A stretch of DNA of 32,000 bases from Haloquadratum walsbyi C23 (GTDB lineage: Archaea > Halobacteriota > Halobacteria > Halobacteriales > Haloferacaceae), in the NCBI RefSeq assembly GCF_000237865.1, contig NC_017459.1:1020001-1052000 (forward strand), in the 5' to 3' direction. Below the pieces are notes generated by a model. That model made no database searches and was not told the DNA's origin. It saw only the letters and a program-made list of their open reading frames with translations. Numbering within the stretch: the stretch's first letter is position 1; every line of letters starts with the position of its first letter. Position numbers and translations under genes: made by a program. This document shows, one piece after another, positions 8,439 through 17,424 of the stretch.

Positions 8439-9668
8439 ATGAACTGCAGACGACTCCAATTGGTGGTGGTTGTATTGATTATCCTTACTGCTGTTCCTCC
8501 TGTGGCGGCACAGGAAAGTAATCTTACGACAATAACGGTCGAAGTCATTGATGAGGAACGTGAGCCTATCCAAGGTGTCACTGTCATAGCAGAATGGGGA
8601 GCAGACTCAGTTTCAGCAGACACAGCAAGCAATGGAATGGTGTTAGTGGACGTGCCAAGGGGTGAGCAAATTGAAATCACCATCAATCATCCCGATTATG
8701 TTCGGAACTTCCCTTATGTGATTGATAATGCGGATCAACAACGCGTTGAATTAGATGTCTCCGAGCGGTCCTCGCTAAGTGTCGGTGTCGACACGAATAG
8801 TGGTCCTATTGCAGATGCCCGTGTCACATTAACGATGGATGACCGAACCGTCGCAAGTGGAAATACATCACAAGAAGGAATATTCTCGGTTGAGACGCTT
8901 GAAGCCGGTGAGTATACGCTCACAGCTGAGAAACGGACATATTATACAATTAATCGAACCATTGACGTCGATGGTGAGACAAATATTAATCTTAATCTTA
9001 ATACTGGGGGCGTGACGACTGAATTTATTATTGTTGATCCTCACTTTTCGCCCCCAGAATCAGTCTCCGGCGCGACAATAAGTATCTCTGGTATTGGTGA
9101 TGTACAAACGCTTGGTGATGGACGTGCTGTGGCGCGTATTCCAATCAATACCGAAGTACCAGTGACGGTGACGAAACCAAAGTATGAGGATATTAATCGA
9201 ACACTCATGGTTAATGAAAGTGGACAGACAAGAACATATGAGTTGACACGGCGACCACAACTAAATATTACAACTGCGAGCGATCGAATTATCGCTGGTG
9301 AGTCAGTCTCTATCGAGGTTACAAACGCCTATGAGGAACCTGCCCCAGATGTCATCATAACGCGCAATGCCGAATCTGTTGGTCAAACTAACGAAAATGG
9401 TGAGTTAACAGTTTCAATTCCAAACGCAGAGTCATATAGCCTAATCGCGAGCCAGGACTCAATTGAATCAGAACCGGTCTCGGTGCGTGGTGTGAACGTT
9501 GTTGGGTCAACTCCAGAGCCAACGTCAACCACCACACCAACACCATCAGCCCCATCTCTGATTCCAGATATTATGAATGCAGGTGCTCTTCCGATTATTG
9601 GTGTTATTGCGACAATTTCAGTTATTATCGCACTTATTGTCGCTGGAATATTCACATTCCGGCGGTGA
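8439..9668 (+). CDS. Secreted surface protein with carboxypeptidase-regulatory-like beta-sandwich repeats and a C-terminal membrane anchor
   Basis: ORF 8328..9668. The ATG at 8439 gives a signal peptide MNCRRLQLVVVVLIILTAVPPVAAQ. Repeated units resemble ..GVTVIAEWG..TASNGMVLVDVPRGEQIEITINHPDY and ..ARVTLTMDDRTVASGNTSQEGIFSVETLEAGEYTLTAEKRTY. There are many N-x-S/T sequons and a Thr/Pro linker (PEPTSTTTPTPSAPS), followed by a TM helix ending FRR. Confidence 0.7.
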   Translation: MNCRRLQLVVVVLIILTAVPPVAAQESNLTTITVEVIDEEREPIQGVTVIAEWGADSVSADTASNGMVLVDVPRGEQIEITINHPDYVRNFPYVIDNADQQRVELDVSERSSLSVGVDTNSGPIADARVTLTMDDRTVASGNTSQEGIFSVETLEAGEYTLTAEKRTYYTINRTIDVDGETNINLNLNTGGVTTEFIIVDPHFSPPESVSGATISISGIGDVQTLGDGRAVARIPINTEVPVTVTKPKYEDINRTLMVNESGQTRTYELTRRPQLNITTASDRIIAGESVSIEVTNAYEEPAPDVIITRNAESVGQTNENGELTVSIPNAESYSLIASQDSIESEPVSVRGVNVVGSTPEPTSTTTPTPSAPSLIPDIMNAGALPIIGVIATISVIIALIVAGIFTFRR

Positions 9669-9766
9669 GTGCTTCTCGCGGATTTCGACTCTCTTCACCT
9701 ATTGGTAGTTTTCGCTTCAAACTTGAGATTCACGTATTAATCGGATCGTATAAAAAACAACTTGAC

Positions 9767-9795
9767 ATTTTCCCCGCCCTGAAGGGGTGATTTAA
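9767..9795 (+). repeat. Solo 5'-end hairpin remnant of a type B element
   Basis: cTTGAC|attttccccgccctgaaggggtga aligns with tTTGAC|atcctctccgccctgaagggcgaaga at 12295-12325. The rest of the element is missing. Confidence 0.55.
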
Positions 9796-9814
9796 TACAT
9801 GCAAGTTCTTTAAT

Positions 9815-10353
9815 ATCCTCCTCCGGCTGAAGCCGGGAGGAATCCTACGGCACCGCACCGCTTCGCTGGGTTGGGAGTGTCAGCTTTGGATTTGGGTTTG
9901 AGTTTGGGTTTGGGTTTGCAGACTCCCAATACCAAGCCAGTCCACCGTCGGAATCGGTGTGTGACCGGTCACTGGGCAATCTCCAGGGAGTGCCACATCT
10001 CAGCCCCCGGTACTCCTATGCTCAACCGAGGTGAAGTCCCTGTATTGTTTTTTCCACAGGGGCTTCGGTCAGTGGTCGGCACTCGGGTTCACCGGACTCG
10101 GAGTTACTTGTATTGGTGACGAGAGCCCGACGGTTGTTGTTTGATCCCCACATGGGGCACACCCTGTTTCCAGCGTGGGCGGACACTCACACTCAAACCG
10201 CCACTTTTCGGGCACTCGGCTACATCGGGGTCAGAGCCAATACGACAATACTAGTACATACGCCGTTGTCAAAAAGCGGTTGGAAACCACAGTATGACGG
10301 CGCGTATCCATGCCGTGAACAGGTGTGGTATTGCGCCTGTACCATCTATACTA
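9815..10353 (+). repeat. Type B GC-rich non-coding element, copy B2 (the most complete copy)
   Basis: 5' hairpin cctccggc-tgaa-gccgggagg followed by GGAATCC. All family boxes are present and it is preceded by TTAAT (9810-9814). About 100 nt (10147-10235) are nearly identical to 846-935. Confidence 0.8.
9885..9920. repeat. Hexamer microsatellite (TTTGRR) x6 inside copy B2
   Basis: tttgga tttggg tttgag tttggg tttggg tttgca. It is enclosed by an 8-bp helix, ttgggagt (9871-9878) with actcccaa (9922-9929). Confidence 0.85.
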
Positions 10354-10411
10354 AAAGCGTTGATTGAGTTATATCTCAATTGTCGGTGGAAATACCATTT
10401 TTTAATTTATT

Positions 10412-12094
10412 TTACTCTGGGGACGGCTCAACTTCGAATACCCCGATTGTTCCACTGAGCTCAAACCCGACACAGAGGAGCGGCATATCGGTCGGGCTAT
10501 CCTCAATGGGGACGAAGTCGAGCCCCTCTGGTGCGAAGTCTCCTGCTCTGGCTGGGGAGTCAGTATCGGGGTTTGCCTCAGCAGCAGCCTCGAGATCATC
10601 CTCAGTCACTCCATAGTCCCGATTAACCACCATTTGAATGTACTCTGACCCCCCTGGTGAGGTAACGTCGTACACTGTAATTCCACTTCCCTTTTCTTGT
10701 CCGACGAACGCATATGTTTGATTACCAATCTCCCCGAGTGTGACACTTTCAGTTTCTGGACCACTCTCGACAGTATTTTGATGTCCACCCGGATACTTTC
10801 GGGCAAAGACTTGCTCAAATTTGCTCCCGCTGTCAAATACTCGTTCCAGTCCGCTACTAGTATGATGCCACACAGAAAATGAGCGACCACCGATGGCATA
10901 AATGTCGCTGTATGCACCATCTCCATTTGTGTCAGCAAATTCACGCATTGCCGCCTCATTGACCTCCATATTCCCGAGATGTGTCGGCTGTTTCAGTTCC
11001 TCGACGGTATCAACGTATGCATTCTCTGAGAGATCAAATCCAGCCGGATCTAATGAAAGGTTTTTCAAAATTCCAACTTCGAAATCCTTGGCATCGCCCT
11101 CATTAGCGGTAACAACGAATGTCTCACCACCCACTTGGTATGTATCAATCGCGTCCGGCTGATACATTCCCTTAATCGGCCATGACTGAAGACTAATATC
11201 GTCAACATCACTCGTGTCAAGTTCATTCCCTGGGAGCGAGAAATCCTTGAATCCAAGCCCATCGACGCTCGTAATGTCTCCTGATGCAAGATCGATCGTT
11301 GCGATAGCATTGTTCTCTTGCAGTGAAACGAATGCGGTCGTCGAATCGGGGGTGACGGTTGTATACTCAGGCTCAAACGCTGTCGATGCTGATGCCGGTG
11401 CATCCCCGGCTGATGCGATATGTACACCCTCTGCGCGAAGTTGCGCTTCTTGTCCATCATATTGCTCAAATGTGCTTGTCGTCACGGTTGCGTTCTCAGC
11501 ACCATCAGCGATATTGACTACACTGACAGACCCTGCAGGGTCCGACTCACCAGGCTCACCCTCATTGGCGACGACAACATAGTTACCATTTGGACTAAAT
11601 GTTACCTTATCAGGGAGCGGACCGACCTCAACTGCGGTGACAAGCTCAAGCGAAGCAGGATCATAAAACGCAACCGCACCATTGTCTGTTGCTGGATCAG
11701 CCTCGATAGCTGCGGCGACCAATGTATTACTGACATCAACGCTATTTGTCCCACCAACTGTGTCGACTGCAAGGTCTGTCGATGCAAGCGCATCACTTGC
11801 ATCAAGAACTGTGTCTTGACTTGGTGTCGTCGGATCAGAAAGATCAAGCACTTCAACTTGACCAGCACCTGAATTAACGGCAAATAATCGAGCCTCTGGT
11901 GGGTGGAATGCAACAATTTCAGCCCCACCAAGAGCTTCACCGGTTGCATATCGACCGATTCGTTGCATATGCACTGTCTGCATGTCCCTTGCACTTTGAT
12001 CTGAAAGTTGTGCGAGGATACCTGAAGGAATTGCGGCTGCTGCAATAACTCCTAATGCGTTTCGGCGACTCAACGTGAATTCATCAAGCACCAT
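10412..12094 (-). CDS. Tat-secreted beta-propeller protein, choice-of-anchor I / phytase-like esterase family (tentative)
   Basis: 560 aa with a twin-arginine signal, LSRRNALGVIAAAAIPSG. Repeated blade-like segments end in ..VVANEGEPG.., ..VTANEGD.., ..SFSVW.., ..YQPDAI... The family name is recalled, not searched. Confidence 0.65.
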   Translation of the reverse strand: MVLDEFTLSRRNALGVIAAAAIPSGILAQLSDQSARDMQTVHMQRIGRYATGEALGGAEIVAFHPPEARLFAVNSGAGQVEVLDLSDPTTPSQDTVLDASDALASTDLAVDTVGGTNSVDVSNTLVAAAIEADPATDNGAVAFYDPASLELVTAVEVGPLPDKVTFSPNGNYVVVANEGEPGESDPAGSVSVVNIADGAENATVTTSTFEQYDGQEAQLRAEGVHIASAGDAPASASTAFEPEYTTVTPDSTTAFVSLQENNAIATIDLASGDITSVDGLGFKDFSLPGNELDTSDVDDISLQSWPIKGMYQPDAIDTYQVGGETFVVTANEGDAKDFEVGILKNLSLDPAGFDLSENAYVDTVEELKQPTHLGNMEVNEAAMREFADTNGDGAYSDIYAIGGRSFSVWHHTSSGLERVFDSGSKFEQVFARKYPGGHQNTVESGPETESVTLGEIGNQTYAFVGQEKGSGITVYDVTSPGGSEYIQMVVNRDYGVTEDDLEAAAEANPDTDSPARAGDFAPEGLDFVPIEDSPTDMPLLCVGFELSGTIGVFEVEPSPE

Positions 12095-12299
12095 ACCCTA
12101 GCGTCGCTGGACGCATATATTATAACTTATATGACCTGCATATATCAGTCTGTACGGGTATAAGTAACATAATGACGACAGCGAAAAAAATCCTGCTTTA
12201 GGCGTTAATTATGAGTTCAGGCGACCTTCGAGAGCAGAGAAACTAGTGCAACTTAATTAAGCCACAGTTGCTTCATGAGCGTCCGCGCCTATATTTGAC

Positions 12300-12660
12300 A
12301 TCCTCTCCGCCCTGAAGGGCGAAGATTCCCACGGCACCGCGCCGCTGGATTGGGATGTTCAAGGTTTGTAGCCGCCTCGATGACGGCTCCTGGCTGTGCC
12401 AGCCAGCCGTTACTCCTATTCCGGCATGGGATTCGGAGGTACTTCTTACTGCACCCTGAGTTCCACAACAGAAAGGGGTGCTTTCTGCATGGAATCGGGG
12501 AATCCCGATATTGTCCGATTAGTGGGGCGGGTAGACCGCCTCGGTTATGTATCGATACGGCATCTCGTCAGTTAACCCATCCGTTCGACACGTCGAACGT
12601 GGTTCACGCAGGGGTTGTCGGATTCATCCCCGCCGTGTGGTGCTCCTGAAAACTTATTGA
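12300..12660 (+). repeat. Type B element, short rearranged variant (copy B3)
   Basis: Preceded by TTGAC (12295-12299). 5' hairpin tctccgccc-tgaa-gggcgaaga followed by GATTCC, then CACGGCACCGC..GGATTGGGATG, GTTACTCCTAT, and a 3' end GTGTGGTGCTCCTGAAAAC. It lacks the CCACATGGGGCACAC block. Confidence 0.6.
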
Positions 12661-13400
12661 GGAATTCAATCCAAAATCTTGTTATAGAGTAGCTGCTGAT
12701 ACCATTGCGTAGGACCTGTGATTCAAAATGTTTCACGGAGTACTAAACGGCGGGGCTTTCTCCTCGCACCGCCGTAAGCACGGGTCTTACCTGTGGAACT
12801 CTCGCTGTGTTGTTCAGAATAAATCTGTATTGTGACGTCTATTCTGCTTAATTTTGCATGTGATCAGCTTGCTCACTCAAAACGGATTAGCAATTAACGG
12901 GCACTTACCCTGTCCTCAAGCAATAAACTAACTGGAAGCGGGTGGCAGAGGCAGTCCGCTGAGAAGTACTTACTCGACCTGAAATGGATTTCGACTCTTG
13001 AGTTTTCAACGTTCGGCAATCACTGACCACATATCACGGCGACACAGTTCCTGATAGTCTCATGTTCCGGTTTGACAATTTTATATAGCGTTATTTGATT
13101 TATATATTGAATTTGATCATCAACTATCCCTCCAACTATATCGAATCTGTCTGGAGGTGATAACTTTAGTACCTAAGAGGCGCTAAGTCTCTGTCCTCAA
13201 GGGAAGAGCGAAGCGAGTGAGTAGGGTGGGAATACAGCGCCGTCATCACGCTATCATACAGTTCAACCAGTATATGTACTATCTTGTGTGCTTTCTGTGT
13301 TCCACACGATGCTCGCCACATTTTCAACAGTGTTCGAGTGCGACACAAAACACGTACTGATGGGTATGGTGGAGTGGCTATCCATGAGTGGGACACTTCG

Positions 13401-13541
13401 AACCACGCGTGAAGGGAACTCGCCTGTGAAGTCTGGAATTTCTGTGCCCTCATTATGATTCTGACATCGAAGCAGGAAATACCGTCCCCAACAAATGAGG
13501 GGCGAGCAGAGCCCCGAGCGTGGTAGGGCAGGGTAGTTCAC
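13401..13541 (+). repeat. Possible degenerate type A 3' module (A3)
   Basis: The order ccacgcg..ctcgcc..ggaatttctgtgcc..hairpin ggggc-gagcaga-gcccc..tagttcac parallels A1 (ccacgcg..ctcgcc..ggaattaaaattcgcc..hairpin..tacttcac). Similarity is weak. Confidence 0.3.
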
Positions 13542-13680
13542 AATACAATCTGGCAAATACACTACGGGGTTACCGCTTTCAGTTAATTTATTTTTTTAAC
13601 ATTTCACTCGCGGTTGTACAAGTGGTTTGAGACAACTGCCTCGGGGCTTGGTCCTGGGGTGAGTTCACTAGCTGAGAACC

Positions 13681-14265
13681 TCATGTTACCGTTGTCACCA
13701 TCAGCAGGGCTGTTGAGAGCGCAAGCCAAAGGATTGTTAGGGTCTGAATATCGACCTCATCAAAGAATCGTTCAATTAGGCGAACATTTGTGCGATGAAT
13801 TGCCCAAAGTAATGATAGCGAGAGCGAATGAATCGAGAGAATTGCTCCGAGAACTCCCTCGTTTTCGCCGATGCGTGGAGGTGTCCATGAGACAGCGGAT
13901 GCCCGCCGAGACTGACCAGAGTTATCATGACTGTTCCGGGTTGGATTTTCAGAGATTGCTGATGAGTTCAGTATCGCATCTGAGAGCCGATATGTGCCTT
14001 CAGCATGGTCATCGTCATACAATTCTTTTTGAGTATTAATCTGATCTTGTTCAGACTCATCAAATAACGAGTCAGCGCAGTATGGACAAAGAGAATCATC
14101 ACTTATCTCCGTTGAAATCGCCACTAGTTGAGAGGGTGCAAACTCCTGCTCACATAGTGCACATTGATACGCTTCCTCCGTTGATGATGACTGAGTGTGT
14201 ATTTGCTCTCGTGATTCTGTATCCTGTTTAATACTTAATTTTGTATTCATGTGCTGATTAGTCAT
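13681..14265 (-). CDS. Hypothetical protein with an acidic zinc-ribbon N-terminal part and a hydrophobic C-terminus
   Basis: 194 aa with CALCEQEF..(24 aa)..CPYCADS. The C-terminal hydrophobic stretch is ILWLALSTALLMVTTVT. The overlapping + ORF 13614..14039 looks less protein-like. Confidence 0.45.
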   Translation of the reverse strand: MTNQHMNTKLSIKQDTESREQIHTQSSSTEEAYQCALCEQEFAPSQLVAISTEISDDSLCPYCADSLFDESEQDQINTQKELYDDDHAEGTYRLSDAILNSSAISENPTRNSHDNSGQSRRASAVSWTPPRIGENEGVLGAILSIHSLSLSLLWAIHRTNVRLIERFFDEVDIQTLTILWLALSTALLMVTTVT

Positions 14266-15130
14266 TATTAGATGTTATCTGGACGAGATGCGTGTTCGGG
14301 ATGTATCATCAAATAATTTATGTAATATCACTATCAAGAAGTATATCTGTGTAATCTTATTGATTGATAACTTGCGGTAGACACCTATGTATACTTTTTC
14401 TCTAGTATGTGAATATACATCTTCATGCCACTGAACCCTACCCACATTATTACGGGAGCATGACCCTCAAAGCTCGAATCAGCGGGTCTATACTGAGTTT
14501 CCTTTCGCAATAGTGCATCAAGAGACGTCAGAAGTGAAGTACCTGGGGAAAAGTCCCTCAAGACACTCGCCTCGATCATTTATAGATGAGTTATCATTAC
14601 AAACGGCGAGCTTTCTCGGACGTATTTCAGTGATTCGGGACTGAGATTACAGAGAACCAGGGAGAAAGTCTCTCGACTGAAACACAAGGATATCGGCATT
14701 TTATATCACTGTTAGGAGCAATCGATTCATGCAGTAATGAATAAAAAAATATACTGCCCGATTTCAGCGCTTATTATGATCTATGCTTACTCGATAGTAC
14801 AGCTTTAGAGCGAGAAGTGTTGATGCGACCAGTTCATTATAGATAATAAGATTCTCTGTCATAAACTGTATATCGCGATATCAATTTGACCCGATCAGTC
14901 ATTGAGACTGATCTTCTCAATGCGTACGGATCCGACACCGTAGATGTTGATTTCTTCGCAGAGAAACTCCCGATCAGTTGAGTTCAATTTTCAATTTGAG
15001 TGCGTGGTGTATCTTAGCAATTGTTGAGTCGGCAAGACTATTATTCATCAAATAGATTCATTCCTTTACAGACACGAGTGAAAAAAGAAGTTCTGGAGCT
15101 TGATCCTGAAGCAGTTCACTCACCATTACA

Positions 15131-15604
15131 TCATGATAATAAAAGTGAAACGCCACCAATCAATGGTACAAGCACTCCAAGATATCCTCCGGCGGTGAGT
15201 GCCCAGTCACGACGAATTGTATTTACTCGTGATGCCGAAACTCGTGATTGTGGCAGGACGATAATCATAAAGAATCCAATCATAAGAGCGTACAGGATAA
15301 TCGCGGAGACAGCAACTGACAGTGCCGTATCACTGAGAAGCGCCTCAACAGAAAAAATCAGCCAGACAAAAAGTGGACCGGTTAACAAAGCTGCAACATA
15401 GTGTACAACCCATGCAAGCCGACGCGGAGCGTCCTCAGGCCGTAACATGGTTAACACACCAGCAGCGACTCGTGGTGGTGTGTTTCCTTCAGGAAGCTCT
15501 GCCATGACATAGTTCATCACAATCGTTGCGATAGCGGCCGCGATAATGCCAAGAAGAAATCTGAGCGAAACAGTGAGTTCGCTTATAACCAGGATTGTAT
15601 TCAT
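15131..15604 (-). CDS. Integral membrane protein (hypothetical, about four TM helices)
   Basis: 157 aa with hydrophobic helices LLGIIAAAIATIVMNYV, VHYVAALLTGPLFVWLIF, VAVSAIILYALMIGFFMIIVL and GGYLGVLVPLIGGVSLLL. Confidence 0.6.
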   Translation of the reverse strand: MNTILVISELTVSLRFLLGIIAAAIATIVMNYVMAELPEGNTPPRVAAGVLTMLRPEDAPRRLAWVVHYVAALLTGPLFVWLIFSVEALLSDTALSVAVSAIILYALMIGFFMIIVLPQSRVSASRVNTIRRDWALTAGGYLGVLVPLIGGVSLLLS

Positions 15605-15718
15605 ATCAGTGTCTCACGCTGACTATTGATACCTCTTCATACTATCAACAGTGAATATGATATCGAATTGGTATAAAGTGCAGGAATTCTGCTGAGATGT
15701 TATACAGTTTTATTCGGA

Positions 15719-16138
15719 TCACCGAGGGTTAAGTCGACCATCATACCAGTGGACTCCATCGACAGTGTTACTGTAGGTATATGCTGTCGGTGGGTCAATC
15801 CCCCAGGATCTCAGACGTGAATCAATCGCATCAACAATTGTTGTCACAAACGATCCACGGTCACGGAGTGTTGGTGGCGCGTGAGTGTGCACCGTCTCAT
15901 ATCGGCAGTAGATGATATATGCAGTTGAGCTTTGAGCTGATTTAGCATGTTTGTTACAATTATCTTCACTGGCATCGATAGAGGCATTATCCATTTGCGT
16001 CGATGAACCTCTTGTCTGTCTGATTTTAATCGAAAGATCATCCCGAAGCTGCTCATTGACTTGCTCTGGATTCCCAAAAAGACGAGATTTACCAAATGTA
16101 TCGATTGCTTCAACAGCAGCATCAGGGACGTGATTCAT
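15719..16138 (-). CDS. Hypothetical protein
   Basis: 139-aa ORF with acidic composition, in the same orientation as its neighbours. No motif recognised. Confidence 0.4.
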   Translation of the reverse strand: MNHVPDAAVEAIDTFGKSRLFGNPEQVNEQLRDDLSIKIRQTRGSSTQMDNASIDASEDNCNKHAKSAQSSTAYIIYCRYETVHTHAPPTLRDRGSFVTTIVDAIDSRLRSWGIDPPTAYTYSNTVDGVHWYDGRLNPR

Positions 16139-16174
16139 ACAAATATGATTATACTCATTCTCTTGAGAGTACGC

Positions 16175-16567
16175 TCACGACATCTCATTCAATTCAGCTA
16201 CCGTCGCGGAATCGCGATTATCTGTTGATATCATCTCAGATTGATTTGCTGATTCTTCATTAATCAACTCTGTCACACGACGCAGTTCAGCCGTCACACC
16301 ATCTACAGCAGCCTCAACTGACTCATAATATCGTGTTTCACCGCTGCTACATCCACGCTTTGGGTCAACGCGAACGGCATCAGATCCAAGTAAATCAGGA
16401 CGAATACTTAATTTTGCAACTGCACAGACACCATCATCGCCTGCATACCGATACTCAGTAATTCCACCAGTTGCATCACTCCGTTGCCATCCTGCTGGTG
16501 GATCTGGAAGCTTATCAGCGAGCGTTGATGGGTCAGCGGCGGCGTTGTTTGGACGCATATATCTCAT
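16175..16567 (-). CDS. Hypothetical protein
   Basis: 130-aa acidic ORF lying 36 nt upstream of the previous one. No motif recognised. Confidence 0.45.
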   Translation of the reverse strand: MRYMRPNNAAADPSTLADKLPDPPAGWQRSDATGGITEYRYAGDDGVCAVAKLSIRPDLLGSDAVRVDPKRGCSSGETRYYESVEAAVDGVTAELRRVTELINEESANQSEMISTDNRDSATVAELNEMS

Positions 16568-16713
16568 AGTTAGTCGATGCGTCTACAAGGGTCCTTTGGC
16601 GAAGACAGTACTCAAAGCACCACGTCTAATTGATACGATACTGATGTGTATAGACTAGCCTGTGGAAACTGGTGAAAAAACAATATTGATACATGTAGCC
16701 ATGAATATGTGTA

Positions 16714-17268
16714 TTGATGACCGTATCACTCACGCAATCAGTCACAGAATTGATGACGACACCAGTCCACTCAGTAAGTGCTGATACATCCGTTGTCAAC
16801 GCTGCAGAGATCCTGTTGGATGAAGATATTGGATCTGTTATCGCGAAAGAGCCTGCTGGAATTCTCACAAAAACCGATCTTGTCAGTGGCATCCACACAG
16901 TAGATAGTCTTGAAGAGACGACAGTTGCTGAATTAATGACACAACCGGTCATTTCGGTCATGTCTGATGCGACCGTGCAGCAGGCAGTTGATAAGATGGA
17001 AGATCATAACGTCAAGAGGATTGCCGTTGAACAGCATGAAAATGCTGACGAGCGATTTATTGGCATCATATCAGTGACTGACCTTACCGGTGCACTCTCA
17101 GAATCGCATGAAACAGCCATTGGTATGTACGTCGGACTCGCATCAGCGGATTCACCTTATATGTATGAATGTGTTGAGTGCGGCAATCGAATAACCTCTG
17201 ATCATCAACCGGAGTCATGTCCAGAATGCGGTGGTCCAACGCGGAATCTCAGCGTGTCTCGCGATTAA
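16714..17268 (+). CDS. CBS domain pair protein with a C-terminal zinc ribbon
   Basis: 184 aa. Two CBS-like units (ELMTTPVHSVSADTSVVNAAEILLDEDIGSVIA and ELMTQPVISVMSDATVQQAVDKMEDHNVKRIAV), then YECVECGNRITSDHQPESCPECGG. Confidence 0.8.
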   Translation: MMTVSLTQSVTELMTTPVHSVSADTSVVNAAEILLDEDIGSVIAKEPAGILTKTDLVSGIHTVDSLEETTVAELMTQPVISVMSDATVQQAVDKMEDHNVKRIAVEQHENADERFIGIISVTDLTGALSESHETAIGMYVGLASADSPYMYECVECGNRITSDHQPESCPECGGPTRNLSVSRD

Positions 17269-17424
17269 TGATGACCTGTCTAGCGGATTCTAACCGCAAA
17301 TAATAATTCAACGTATGAGAGCAGTTCAAAATCTCGCCCTAGAAAATCCTTGCTGAGAGGCGGAGAGGAAGTCAAGATTTCGGAATCACACGTACATGAC
17401 CGTATATGACCGTACATGATACTA

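Noticed and set aside
13614-14039. The + strand ORF of 141 aa that overlaps the minus-strand ORF 13681..14265
   Set aside because: It is basic and Leu/Arg/Ser-rich and has no motif. The opposite-strand ORF has acidic composition and paired CxxC motifs, so only that one is retained, and at modest confidence.
15021-15401. The + strand ORF of 126 aa antisense to the membrane protein gene
   Set aside because: The minus-strand frame encodes clean hydrophobic helices across the full 157 aa. The antisense ORF is the usual mirror artefact.
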